Below, piece by piece: positions 49,972 to 63,048 of a DNA stretch of 64,000 bases. Position numbers and translations under genes: made by a program. The stretch covers positions 10,540,001 through 10,604,000 of the forward strand of contig NC_043012.1 in NCBI RefSeq assembly GCF_006345805.1, given 5' to 3'. The stretch comes from Octopus sinensis. Lineage: Eukaryota. The notes below the pieces were generated by a model. That model saw only the letters and a list, made by a program, of their open reading frames with translations. It searched no databases and was not told where the DNA came from. The first letter of the stretch is position 1. Each line of letters begins with the position of its first letter.

Positions 49972-51005
49972 TATATGTATATGCACATGCACATCGTAAC
50001 ATGCAGGTATGCATATCGTTTTAGCTATACGTTTGTATGCAAGTTTGTGCATCCAATCAGTTAACATACTTCATATGGAATATGTTTATACATTTGGTCT
50101 CGCTGTATATCTTTCTATGCCAAACGCAGATCAACATCGATTTACATATATGAATAGAGGCGTACGTACAAGTGTGTGTGTGTGTATCACATATATAATA
50201 CGTGTTTGTGCGTATCTATGCGCAAGCATCTCAGAGGATCACCAGCTGGCAGTAGAGAATTCATGTGTGCGTCTTCGTGTTTTTCTGCATTTTGTTTGTG
50301 ATTATAAATGATTGTCTGCATGCGGTCGGATAAGTCGTACCAGAAAACCTTAATACGGTTTTGATTTACTAGAAAGCTTTTTGTTAACGATTGACTAGTT
50401 CGGTTAGTATAGAAAACGTCAGTGGCGTCTATAGATGTAAACATATTCAGCTCTTATTTTTTGTAGCACATCTCCAACATAAAGATGTGTTGAGTTATGG
50501 GGAGAAATATGACCTGTTGTTTTTTGGCAATATGCATGTTGCACATCTACAGGATACTCTCAAACATCTCTGCTCTTCTCTTTAGTCGTCTGAAGAACCT
50601 CAATAATTTCGATGTTTGACTACGTTTCTTTCTTTTAACGTAACTGGTTTGCTTTGTTTAGAAAAGTTATGAACGCAATATAGCAAACTCAAATATCGTC
50701 AGAGCTTTACCTGCAATTTTGACCGATTATTAAGTTCCCGTTTTCCCTCTCTCTTGTTTTTGTAGTGTTAATGATTATGTTTCTAGAGGTCGAAATAATC
50801 CCCATCTAGCAGATCTGTTCCAAGCATGACCATCCTTGCAGTTTGCATACCTGGAGCTTCTTTATCTGATATATTCTACTTTATAAAACACGATATCCAG
50901 CGAATTGAAGATTTGGTCGCTCTTTCAGTTAAATTGGTATGATTTGTATAATTTCCGGAAGAATCACGCCCACAAAACACGAAGGGTAGTGTGTGTGTGT
51001 GTATA

Positions 51006-51220
51006 CGAGGGAGTGCTGAAAATTTCCTGGCCTTCGTGTTGTTGCGAAACGCCTAGTTGGAGGACTTAACTTTCCGAATTCTTTTACAGGGCTTAGAAAA
51101 ACTGAAGGACCGCCGCATTAAGTATGCGAATCTGAACGAGTGATTTGTTGAATAAAATCATAATTAACTAATCTTCCAGTATTTTCTTTTATCCAAAGAC
51201 AGGAACTTTTCAACGCCCCT

Positions 51221-51222
<2 letters not shown>
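51006..51222 (+). mobile_element. Mariner-derived MITE with TA target duplication
   Basis: TA|CGAGGGAGTGCTGAAAATTTCCTG...CAGGAACTTTTCAACGCCCCTGG|TA; internal remnant FLQGLEKLKDRRIK resembles a mariner C-terminus. Confidence 0.8.
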
Positions 51223-51299
<77 letters not shown>

Positions 51300-51554
51300 G
51301 TTCTGGGTATGCCAGACATTAGACTGCATCCTTCGGTGAGGCTCCAGCGTTCGGGACCGTGGAATCATTCCTTAATCAACATTACCTCCAGTTATGTTCT
51401 GACCCGGAACGATAGTACTTGTCAGGGTCTCATCTAGAAGTTAAATAATCTTCCTAGGAGTAGGGAAGACTCTCTTTATTTTTGACAAACCCGAGCGAGT
51501 GTCAGTTCTTCTTAGAGAAAAATTCTCTGACATAAAACTTGCCGTGGTGGAGGA

Positions 51555-51775
51555 CAAAAACATACACAGAAACGAACACACATCCCCTCACACACACACA
51601 CACACACATACACACATATGTATACACGACAGGCTTCTTTCAGTTTCCGCCCTCCAGATCTACTCACAAGGCTTTAGTCGGTCTGAGGCTATAGTAGATG
51701 ACACTTTCCTAAGGCTCTACTCATTGGGTCAGAACCCGTAAGCATGCAGCTGGAAAGCAAACTGCTTACCACAAG
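51555..51775 (-). mobile_element. SINE family A, diverged 5' portion
   Basis: CGACAGGCTTCTTTCAGTTTCCG...CTCACAAGGCTTTAGTCGGTCTGAGGCTATAGTAG...GCAAACTGCTTACCACA. Confidence 0.75.
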
Positions 51776-52299
51776 TCACGGTTGTTAGGCATTAGGTCTT
51801 AGGCCTGTTCGTTCAGGACTGATATGATGTAAAACAACAAAGGTCTCAACTTCCTACATTTCACTACAGAGTTGTTTAGATTGACAATACAAGAAGTCAA
51901 TGAACTTTATTGAAAGGAAGTCAAGTTGTTTTCCTGCGTATTGAAAGTGCAGGACATCTGTACCGCTGCACCATTGTAGAGGATTTTGACTCAAGCTGAG
52001 CGAACACCTGTCAGAAAGTTTTAGAATATCACATGAACCTTTGTTGTGGCAGCTGATTGTATCGAAGTGCATTATGCAAGGTATGCCAGATGTAAAGAAA
52101 AACTGCTTTTCTTTTGCACTCCTTCTCTAGCATCAGTGACCTGAGATATTGAGATTTTATGCACCAGGATGGATTTGTGTGTAAAACCTCCAGAAGTCCT
52201 AACATTAAAACAGAATTTGTAACGAATACTTCCATGTCAGGCGGGGCCTGTTGCGATATCAGCTGCTCTATTACAAACACAATAGACTTTGTATTAGAC

Positions 52300-52596
52300 T
52301 AGTGTTTTTCAGCCGGGGTCTTATAAAATTTTTGAGTCTCCACGCAAGCAAAATAGTAAGCTGGGTCCATAAAAAAAATTAGTTTAAATCTGTTTATTGC
52401 TAGAAACAGCCTCATTTCTTTCTGTAACTTTTTATGCAGTTCAGCCTACACCACTTAACGTGTGAAAAATAAAATTAGAATTTTGAAAGAAATATATGTG
52501 AAACTAATTTTTAAACTTTGAGTGGTGATGAGAGTCCACTAAAATAAAGTAGTAATCAAATGGGTCCCGTAGGTAAAAGACAGTTGAGGACTACTA
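52300..52596. mobile_element. hAT (Charlie-like) non-autonomous element
   Basis: Imperfect TIRs TAGTGTTTTTCAGC / GTTGAGGACTACTA; 8-bp flanking duplication TATTAGAC / CATTAGAC. Confidence 0.65.
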
Positions 52597-53031
52597 CATT
52601 AGACAAAAGATACGCTACTACCCAGTAAGCAGAGGAGAGGAGACTATGTACCGTCACTCTGTCTGTAGGAATAACCGAAATCTTTCTCTAGACACACCCT
52701 AAAGTATTCTAGGCGGATGGCCACATTTAGCATTGAAGCCCAAGATATACCATATGAAAATACAACTTGGTCTCGACGAGAAAAAATTTGTTCGTAGTTC
52801 CCCAGAAAAAAGGCTGAAGTGGAACTAAACCACCGCCATCATCATCACCACCACCACCACCACCACCACATCAAGACAAATACGACTGCCAGATTACGAT
52901 AATTTACTCGTAAAACTCGTAAAATACTCGAGTGCACAATCGAACGCTATAGAAGTTTCTTTGAATTATCAATACAAATAAATACGGTAAGACGGTTACA
53001 TATTCGTGTTATTGCTGCAGCGATTGCTACC

Positions 53032-53086
<55 letters not shown>

Positions 53087-53214
53087 ATGTTGTTGTTGTT
53101 TAACCCCCTGACATGGTTTGATCCGGTTGACTAGTATTCAACGACACTCAAGTCATGATTCTCCTGTCAATTTTAAAGGGCTATTTAAGACCGCTTACTC
53201 TAAGGTATCAGACA

Positions 53215-53430
53215 AGGTGACGAGCCTAGCTGGCAGAATCGTTAGCACAACCGGGCGAAATACTTAACAGTATTTCGGTTGCCCCTACGTTCTGAGTTCA
53301 AATTCCGCCGCGGTCGACTTTGCCTCCTTTCGGAGACTATGAAATAAGTACCAGTTACGTACTGGTTCGATGTAATCGACTAACGTCCTCCCCTCAAATT
53401 TCAGGCCTTGTGCCTATAGTAGAAAGGATT
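53215..53430 (+). mobile_element. SINE family B (B2 tail)
   Basis: AGCTGGCAGAATCGTTAGC...GAGTTCAAATTCCGCCGCGGTCGACTTTGCC...GGCCTTGTGCCTATAGTAGAAAGGATT. Confidence 0.88.
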
Positions 53431-53442
53431 ACCTTACTTCAG

Positions 53443-53810
53443 TGGAGGCGCAATGGCCCAGTGGTTAGGGCAGCGGGCTCGCGGTTTCGATTCCCAGACA
53501 GGGCGTTGTGAGTGTTTATTGAGCGAAAACACCTAAAAAGCTCCACGAGGCTCCGGCAGGGGATGGTGGTGATCCCTGCTGTACTCTTTCACCACAACTT
53601 TCTCTCACTTACTTCCTGTTCTGTTGTACCTGTATTTCAAAGGGCCGGCCTTGTCACTCTCTGTGTCACGCTGAATATCCCCGAGAACTACGTTAAGGGT
53701 ACACGTGTCTGTGGAGTGCTCAGCCACTTACACGTTAATTTCACGAGCAGGCTGTTCCGTTGATTCGGATCAACCGGAACCCTCATCGTCGTAACCGACG
53801 GAGTGCTTCC
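53443..53810 (+). mobile_element. tRNA-derived SINE family D (head related to family C) with perfect 12-bp TSD
   Basis: Head TGGAGGCGCAATGGCCCAGTGGTTAGGG...GGTTTCGATTCCC; ACCTTACTTCAG at 53431-53442 and 53811-53822. Confidence 0.9.
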
Positions 53811-55062
53811 ACCTTACTTCAGAGAGAAATCTAGCAATTATTTCTAGCAGTTGGAGCGACTTATGTTGGGGCTCTGTATACGACTTGGTATAATGGCTAC
53901 GACTCTTAATGTGGTTGTTATGGATGATGCAGTTGTTCTTCCTATTCTTGTCGTAGTCTTTGTTGTTAATCCACCGCTAAGAAATTACTTACCAAATTAA
54001 TGTCTGAACAACAAGCTGCCATATGCAAACCCATCCAATCTCATTTAGATCATCACTCCCGGACTGTAGATCTTCTTTAAATAATTACATTGTAATTACA
54101 TTATCCCAGCCGATTATCTTAATGATCAAACGCACTGCTACAACAATAGGGGCGTGATTTAGGAAGAAATACAAAAGAACATAAAAGAAGGGAGATGATT
54201 AGATCTTGTTTACACATAAAATATATTAGTGATGTTGCACCGTAAGCCATCGATCGAGAGTAGCTCAGTTTATTTAGAAATAGCAGCCAAGTCGTCCTCA
54301 TATCGCACCACGCTGTTATGACAGTTTAATGGATAATATAATCCTAGATACACTGCCTGAATAAGAGGTGAGATGATCATATCTGGAACGCCTTTTGCTA
54401 CACGGGTTTGTCTCCCGAATCATAGATAACTTTGGGCTACCAACAAAAACAAGCCGGTCGCTATTGGCGAGAAATAATTTTACTCACAACATTAGATATA
54501 CAGATATGTACGTACGTGCGTATGTATGTATGTATGTATGTATGTATGTATGTATGTATGTATGTATGTATGTATGTATGTATGTATCCATGTAATTATG
54601 TATGTATGTATGTATGTATGTATGTATGTATGTATGATTGAATGTATGTATTTTTCTGTTTGTATATAGACGTAAGCATCAATTTTGGACATCAGATTAG
54701 AGTACGGTTAATATTGCATTAACCATTGAGCTTAAATGCCATATCTATTTATATATATATATGTATAAATACGTAAGTGTGTGCATGTATATGTATGCAT
54801 ATACGTATATAGAGCTCGAAGCATTCAGATAAATAAATATCACCCATGAGGATGTATAACCCCTCTTCCATCTGGTCCCGAAGATAACTTATTTAATATT
54901 TGTGCATAAAATATCATATTTTACAAACCTAAAATAAATTTCGAATTAAACTCCAGTTTATCTTTAAGCTCCTAGTCTGAAATTCAAAATCGGTAGACTA
55001 CTTCTCTTCTTATGATTAGTCAACCGTGAAACACTTTATATAATATTATAGTATATGATATA

Positions 55063-55230
55063 TAGGTGCAGGAGTGGCTGTGTGGTAAGTAGCTTGCTTA
55101 CCAACCACATGGTTCCGGGTTCATTCCCATTGCGTGGCACCTTGGGCAAGTGTCTTCTACTATAGTCTCGGGCCGACCAAAAACTTGTGAGTGGACTTGG
55201 TAGACGGAAACTGAAAGAAGACCGTCGTAT
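55063..55230 (+). mobile_element. SINE family A, 5' half
   Basis: GGAGTGGCTGTGTGGTAAGTAGC to GAAAGAAGACCGTCG, ending at the central microsatellite. Confidence 0.9.
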
Positions 55231-55231
55231 A

Positions 55232-55597
55232 TACTCTCTCTTTACTCTTTTACTTGTTTCAGTCATTTGACTGCGGCCATGCTGGAGCACCACCTTTAGT
55301 ACTTATTCTATCGGTCTCTTTTGCCGAACGCTAAGTGACGGGGACCTAAACACACCAGCATCGGTTGTCAAGCAATGCTAGGGGGACAAACACAGACACA
55401 CAAACACACACACATATACATATATTACATATATACGACAGATTCTTTCAGTTTCCGTCTACCAAATCCACTCACAAGGCATTGGTCGGCCCGGGGCTAT
55501 AGCAGAAGACACTGCCCAAGATGCCACGCAGTGGGACTGAACCCGCAACCGTGTGGTTGGTTAGCAAGCTACTTACCACACAGCCACTCCTGCGCCT
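55232..55597 (-). mobile_element. SINE family A in opposite orientation, abutting the preceding half-copy
   Basis: Tail CTCTTTACTCTTTTACTTGTTTCAG to head CTTACCACACAGCCACTCCTGCGCC, with a small internal deletion. Confidence 0.92.
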
Positions 55598-55604
55598 ATA
55601 TATA

Positions 55605-55680
<76 letters not shown>

Positions 55681-55799
55681 GGTGTGTGTGTGTGTGTGTG
55701 GTCTAAGTATCGAAAGATCAAGATAATACTGACATCTCATTTTAACAGATATATTTGCCTAAATTACATAAAAATATCTTGAAATATTAAAGATTACAT

Positions 55800-56385
55800 T
55801 TTTTCAATAAATTCGCCATCGGCTTGAACCACAGGCTCCAGAAGATTTCGAAATCTCCTGCAACACTTCTGGACGGTCTCTTTGTTTATGTTGGTGAATC
55901 TTTGGCTTTACAAGGAGTTTTGTTAGTCTCCCGCTCAAATGCGCCCCTCATATAATAATAATGAAGGGGCTTGCAGTCTGGTGAGTTTGGTGGTCAGATG
56001 GTTGGGATGACATGGTCGCAGAAATTGTCTGACAGCCATGACTGTTTTTTGCTACCTGTGTGCCATGGTGCTGAGTCCTGTTGCCAAACACAGTGTCTTC
56101 CAGCGTCCACTGTTTTCACCCAGGGCAGCACCACCTCCCCCATGCACTTGATGCATGCCTCCGTGATGAATGTGAAGCCGTGTGGAAAGATGAATGGAAG
56201 GTTTTTATCACTCTCGCTACATGATTTGGGGGCACGGTTAACACTCAGGTTGACACCCAAACACTCTGAAATGTTCATATTAGAGCTTCCAGTGCGAATA
56301 TCATGCGGTACAGCATGTCGTTTCCAAATTTCTGACAGAGTGAATTGCCTCATGGTGACTTTTTTCTCACAGACGGTGCCCAACA
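55800..56385 (-). mobile_element. maT/DD37D-type transposase remnant with large internal deletion
   Basis: ORF 55994-56383: FTLSEIWKRHAV fused to PFIFPHG...CMGEVVLPW...VWQQDSAPWHT...WLSDNFCDH, continuing after a stop as PPNSPDC; same family as 35930-36812. Confidence 0.9.
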
Positions 56386-56507
56386 GATCCTACTATACTG
56401 TAAAATCGACAAAATCAAAAGCAAACAATTCGCATGCTCAAAATTAAAAATATAAAATAGCGGCAATTACCCATCACACATTGTATATATGTGTGTATAT
56501 GTGTATA

Positions 56508-56546
<39 letters not shown>

Positions 56547-56583
56547 GTGTGTGTGTGTGGTGTATGTATATATATATATGTGC

Positions 56584-56625
<42 letters not shown>

Positions 56626-57174
56626 ATATATATATAAGTATATATATATATGTATATATATATATGTATGTATGTATTTATGTATGTATGTATGCATGTG
56701 TGCATGCATGTGTGCATCAAAGCAAAACAACGAACACCTTTTTTTTTTATATAATCCTGGCTTTCCATCCTGCGTATGTGCATTGATACAAGAATAATTG
56801 TGAAGATATCGGTGGTTGGTGTCACAGTCGCCAGTTGAAACACATGAATAGACCAAATTTATTGAGGTCAATTTTTTTTTTTTTTTATTCTCTGTGATTT
56901 AACAGGAAAAAAAAAAGTCGTTCATATTTATATATATAGTGAAAAGAAATCGTTACTGAAGTCGATAAAAGTTGTTTGATGGCACAGCGTGTGACAGTTT
57001 GTGTGTTAATGTGTTTATATCCGTGTCAGTCTTGTCTCAGACTTTATAGGGTCAGGGAGCGCCTGTGGGGTCTTTAGTGCTTTTCCGTGTATTTCCTCTA
57101 TACAGCAGCATGTACAGTGTCTTTAATTGTTATGTATGAATGAATGTGGTGTGTTCCCGCGCACGCGTATATAT

Positions 57175-57266
<92 letters not shown>

Positions 57267-57759
57267 ATTGATTGGTTTGAGCCACGTTGCGTATTTGATC
57301 TCCCAACTCCAATGTAGTCCAAACACATGCAGTATATAAAAATATAGAATCTACTTTTTATTTATGTGTATATTCGTGTACGGAATATTTTTATGTAACG
57401 GCTGCAATATGATCTATATGCTTTATTTCATTCGATTTTTTTTTCCCGTCGCGTGTGTTTAACTCCGACCCTTTCCCCGTAGTCTTGTATTCTAGCATAA
57501 ATGCTTATCCCAGTAAGTTATGTGAAGAGTTTTAAACATAATATCAAATTTTTACGCCATCGATTCGTATATTTTAATCACTAAGGCAAGGGTCGGTGAA
57601 CCAGGGTAAATTACCTCAAGCGGGAGTAAAAATTAAATTCTTGGGGGTAATGCAGACACATTAGACATACGTAAAATTACATTAAAAAACGAGTTCCTTG
57701 TTACGACAGAACTTTTTCGTTTACCAATACTTCATATGTCCAATGTATATGTATATATA

Positions 57760-58056
57760 TTGGGAATGGTAGATGAGTTCAGCAAAAATTTATATATATA
57801 TATATATATATCTTGAGGCACCAGAATTTAGTATGGTATTATCCATACAATTTCAAAGTAAGGTCTTAAAATCCAAATAAGCAACAAGGATATCCAGAGG
57901 TAGTGCAGTACGATCGTTTCATGCAACTCCATTTAATTGAACGATGCAATCCTTACATCAATTTAAAATATCTATTAATGATTGCATTGTTCAATCAAAT
58001 GGAGTTGCATGAAACGATCGTACTGCATTACCTCTGGATATCCTTGTTGCTTATTT
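57760..58056. mobile_element. Palindromic/foldback repeat with a 77-bp-arm hairpin (57875-58056)
   Basis: Arm 57875-57951 is inverted at 57980-58056 with three differences; family also present at 12645. Confidence 0.85.
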
Positions 58057-58372
58057 TGATATATATAGAGAGAGATTCAATAAGATAGATTCAGTAAGCC
58101 TTTGATTTTCTTCCTTTCAAATCAAAGGAGGTAATATCGGCGCAAATAAATATATTCTGGGGTAACTGGTTAACATACTTCCCCGACTTCTGCACTAAAA
58201 TATGGTGCATTAATAACTTAACAAGTTTTCGGCTGTAAAAATTTCGCGATCCTGTTACGTAATTTCACATTCTAGTGAAGTGTACTCCATTTTGTGCATG
58301 CGCCTGCTAGTATACCTCGTAGCTGATACAGCATACACCAGTTATAATACCCCAAAGCTAACAAATTGCATT

Positions 58373-58990
58373 ACATTACTCATCCCGTAGTCTGACTGAT
58401 CGTTGGGCCACCACTGATGTTCTTGCGACCAGATCCCTCCACCCGTCTCTGTCTTCTGCCTCTCGCACTGCAGCTTCCAACTTTATGCCTGTCCACTCAC
58501 AGATGTTTTCTTGTCCTTTTGTGTGTTTACCTCTCCATCTGCCACCTTTGAGTGTTCCTTGAAGGATTGCTTTGACCATCCCTGATGAGCGGGTGACATG
58601 CCCAAACAACCTGAGCTTGAGTTTCTTTACTGTATTAAGAAGTTCCTCTTAGTGCCTTATTGTCTGCCTTATTCGTCTTTTCACTTCCTCATGAGTGACA
58701 TGATCTCTGTATGATACTCCGATGCATTTTATCACTTTAACCATTTCATCTTATAGCCTGGATTCTTCTTCTGATTTCTGCTCTTAGTGTCCATGTCTCA
58801 CAGGCGTACAGGAATATTGATATCACTAGTGATCTCATTAGCCTAATTTTTGAGCTCAGTGAGATATTTGTCTTTCCACAATGGTCATTGCTGATTCGGT
58901 GCTTGCTGATTTGATCAAGCTGACACATCATACATCAGTTTGATTACCCTGAAGTTGACAATATCGTCAGTGGCATTTTCTTCACAGAAA
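58373..58990 (-). mobile_element. RTE-clade LINE 3' end (degraded)
   Basis: KTNISLSSKIRLMRSLVISIFLYACETWTL and FGHVTRSSGMVKAILQGTLKGGRWRG...WTG...DRDGWRDLV are typical RTE RT C-terminal motifs. Confidence 0.93.
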
Positions 58991-59052
58991 CTGTGCCTTT
59001 GATTCTATTTTGGAAAGGTAAACCTTGAACCGTCACCTGTTGTTCTAGTGAC

Positions 59053-59139
<87 letters not shown>

Positions 59140-59152
59140 CAGATAGACAAAC

Positions 59153-59249
<97 letters not shown>

Positions 59250-59250
59250 C
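59053..59250. repeat. (AGAT)n microsatellite
   Basis: Directly visible. Confidence 0.98.
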
Positions 59251-59377
59251 ACGTACAAATAAATGAATTACAAACAATAGATAAATGTAAATTCATTACA
59301 GCTGTTTCTAACGCATTTTTAATATATAATTGTTTGTATGTACGTTTATATATATGTGTGTGTGTGTGTGTGTGTAT

Positions 59378-59539
59378 CGCAGGGGTGGCTGTGTGGTAAG
59401 AAGCTTGCTTCTTAAGCTCATTCTTCCGGGTTCAGTCCCACTGCCAGGCACCCTGGGCAAGTGTCTTGTACTGTAGCCACGGGCCGACCAAGGCCTTGTG
59501 AGTGGATTTAGTAGACGGAAATTGAAAGAAGCCCGTCGC

Positions 59540-59580
<41 letters not shown>

Positions 59581-59720
59581 GTGTGTGTGTGTGTGAGTCT
59601 GTCTGTCTGTCTGTCTGTCTGTCTGTGTTTGTGTTTGTCGCACCGACCCAGCTAAAACTCTTTAAGGCAGTGCTCCAGCATGGCCGCTGTCAAATGACTG
59701 AAAGAAGTAAAAATTAAAAG
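59378..59720 (+). mobile_element. SINE family A with internal deletion in the 3' half
   Basis: GGTGGCTGTGTGGTAAG...GGGTTCAGTCCC...GAAGCCCGTCG; tail GTGCTCCAGCATGGCCGCTGTCAAATGACTGAAAG. Confidence 0.85.
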
Positions 59721-59773
59721 TATACATACACACATATACGTAGGTTCTCCATCGCTATATATATATATGTATG

Positions 59774-59897
<124 letters not shown>

Positions 59898-60052
59898 CAC
59901 ATACAGACACCCAACACACACACACACACGCCATCTCTCATGTGGGTATTCTTATAACTAAATGTACAAATACAAACATAGAAAATCACTTTGGTGTTCA
60001 TTCTTAGATCCAATAAAAACTCGATAAATGAGGGTTAAAAAAAAATAATATC

Positions 60053-60116
<64 letters not shown>

Positions 60117-60600
60117 TAAAAAAGAAATATGCTATCAACTTTGTCGTTGATATTCTTCCAGCAGTGAATCTTTTTTCATTGTTATATATTTTATTTTTTT
60201 ATATTCTAATTTTATAAATTTACTTCTTTTTAGATGTTACCTGATGTCACAGCAACATGGAGTCAACAGCTGGCATTCAACTCGGCGTAAGAGATTGATA
60301 TGAATGTACATCTGAATATGTGTCCTTGCGCATAATATACATAATATATATGATACACACGCTCTCACACATGCATAAACCTATTTGTGTGTGTGCGCGC
60401 GTGTGTGTGTGTGTGTGGTGTGCTCGCGCATGTTTGTGTATATATGTGTGTCCAGGTGTAAATATCGGTTACTAGTTGACTGATTCGCTCGTGCATTAGA
60501 GAGAACGCCTTATGTTGACTTTTCCCTCCTCGGCGTTCTGATTTCAATGTCTGAAATGTTTGCCCATAAAATCTTTGATTTCATTCTCCTTTGGTGATCG

Positions 60601-60891
60601 ATTCATGAATTTATAGATAAACTCTCTTCTCTCCACTCACTGCTCTCATTCTGTCAGTCTGTTTCTCTCTCTTTATCTCTCCCTCTTTCTCTTATATATA
60701 TATATCTTTCTTATTTAGAATTGGCCATGCGATGCCGTACCAAGATTCTTCAAGCTCAGGCAGTGCCTTGATGTCGAAATAGAGAGGAATCAAAAAACAA
60801 AAGAAGAAGAAAGAAAGAAAGAAAGAGAGATTCATGAATTTATAGACAAGTTCTGTTCTGTCCACTCGCTCTTCTCATTCTGTCTGTTTGT

Positions 60892-60955
<64 letters not shown>

Positions 60956-60960
60956 CTCTG

Positions 60961-60997
<37 letters not shown>

Positions 60998-61185
60998 GGC
61001 TGTCTATCTCTCTCTCTTACATATATATATAGATATCACTTGCTTTCTTACTTAGAATTGGCCATGCGATGCCGTACCACGAGTCTTCGAGCACTGGCCG
61101 TGCCTTGATGTCGAAATAGAGAGGAATCAAAAACAAAAAAGAAAAAAACAGAAAGAATAAAAGAGAGAAAAAGAAAAAAGAAAAT
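60601..61185. repeat. Local tandem duplication with variable CT/GA tracts around a conserved ~80-bp core
   Basis: ATTCATGAATTTATAGA at 60601 and 60831; TTAGAATTGGCCATGCGATGCCGTACCA...GTGCCTTGATGTCGAAATAGAGAGGAATCAAAAA at ~60715 and ~61052. Confidence 0.88.
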
Positions 61186-61394
61186 CCTTTTATTTCGACT
61201 TCAAAGTGACTTCAGACGAAACAATGTGTTTCGTGATCAACTCAGTGTCTGATATTTTCTCGGTCTCTTCTGACTACGGAAATTCTTACCAACACATCTT
61301 TTTGATTATTCAAGCTGATGTCATAAACTTGATAATAAACTGACCATTAGTCTCCATCACTTTGATTTATGACAGGGTTGGGTTTATTGCAGCA

Positions 61395-61550
61395 GCTATT
61401 CTTGCGAGCAGGTAGAATGCTTGCTGCGACGTTTCTTTTCTAACTTCTAATTTCGCCGAGATCGACTTTTACCTTTCATCCTGGAATCGATGTAATTGAC
61501 TTGTCCTTTCCTCCAAAATGTCAACCTTTGTGCCTTTTGAAGAAAGAATT
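61395..61550 (+). mobile_element. SINE family B, degenerate
   Basis: TTTCGCCGAGATCGACTTTTACCTTTCATCC...TCGATGTAATTGACT...CCTTTGTGCCTTTTGAAGAAAGAATT. Confidence 0.65.
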
Positions 61551-62013
61551 ATCATAGTTGTAATTGATATTGTTTACGGTCACTGAGATTGGCATTATTA
61601 GAAGTTGTTGATGCTCGAAATTTCTTGTCTAGAAGATGCTACGGTGGTTGATCTCATTCTCTGCGTCCATCCTCTCTACTGTAAACAAATGGGAATGCTA
61701 AACACCCTTACTAGAAAATATAAAGATTCAGACAGTGTGTCGTACACCCAGCTGGAGACGATGCTTCCTGGGGCTAAATAACAGTAAAATTCGACTACTA
61801 CGTTTTGTGGGCAAATAATCTTTACACTAGAGTACTGTTACTGAATTCTCTCGTTCGGAGATTTACAAATGGAAATTTTCTATTTTGTGTGCGTGTCTGT
61901 GTGTGTGTGTGTGTGTATGTGTGTGGGTATCACTTGCTTAGGTATTGTTTGTTGTTTTTCTAATTAGGCTTAGAAAAGAGATATTACTGTCAAGTTTTGG
62001 GAGGTTTTGTGGC

Positions 62014-62066
<53 letters not shown>

Positions 62067-62607
62067 TACACCTCCCCAGTGTTCATTTCTCGTTCGAATT
62101 CCCAGTACATACTTTCCCAAACATTTTTCTGCAACTCATACTCTTGTTGTTGCCACTGTTATTTTGTTAATTACTCAATGCGTTTATACATCTTCTTTCA
62201 TATGAGAACACGGAGAAAGGCTCACATAAACAACATACACACAAACACATGTACACCTTTACACAACACAAGCAACAACTGCACACACACGCGCGCGCGC
62301 GCACGCATTGACACAGCACCAACAACAGCAACGGTTTCATTAAACGCAATATACAAAGAGCACAGATCCCTCACACACACCTGATCTCAATCACACACCC
62401 TTCCTCAGTCCCCTATCCTCTCTTTCTCCTCCTAATTCTCTCCCCTCTTTCTCTCTTTCCTTTACCCTCTCCCTTTCAACCCTCTCCCTCTCTCCATCTC
62501 TCTCTCCCTCCCCCTCTCTCTATATCTCTCTCTGTCTCTCCACTGCTACCTGGACGTTTGTGTGACTGATACCCTGATTTCTCAGTCTATCTTAATTCTA
62601 TATAGCT

Positions 62608-62761
62608 ATAGGCGCAGGAGAGGCTGTGTGGTAAGTAGCTTGCTTACCAACCACATAGTTTTGGGTTCAGTCCCACTGCGCGGCACCTTGGGCAAGTGTC
62701 TTCTACTATAGGCCCGGGCCGACCAGAGACTTGGTAGACGGAAACTGAAAGAAGCCCGTCG

Positions 62762-62826
<65 letters not shown>

Positions 62827-63048
62827 TATGCGTGTGTACATGTTTGTGTGTCTTTGTCCTCTCAGAATCGGTTGACAATCGATGCTGGTGTGTTTACGTC
62901 TCCGTAACTTAACGGTTCGGCAAAAGTGGCCGATAGAATAAGTACTAGGTTTACAAAGAATAAGTCCTGGGGTCGATTTGTTCGACTAAAGGCGGTGCTC
63001 CAACATGGCCACAGTCAAATGACTGAAACAAGTAAAAGAGTAAAAGAG
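62608..63048 (+). mobile_element. SINE family A, near full length
   Basis: GGCGCAGGAGAGGCTGTGTGGTAAGTAGC through AAATGACTGAAACAAGTAAAAGAGTAAAAGAG. Confidence 0.93.

Noticed and set aside
50480-50610. LRR-like peptide NISALLFSRLKNLNNFDV
   Set aside because: Closed by a stop after 36 codons with no supporting exons.
51854-52280. Two overlapping minus-strand ORFs (72 and 83 aa)
   Set aside because: No recognisable domain; probably decayed repeat sequence next to the hAT MITE.
58583-58610. CTGATGAGCGGGTGACATGCCCAAAC hammerhead look-alike
   Set aside because: It is the antisense of RTE coding sequence (FGHVTRSSG) and lacks the GAAA core.
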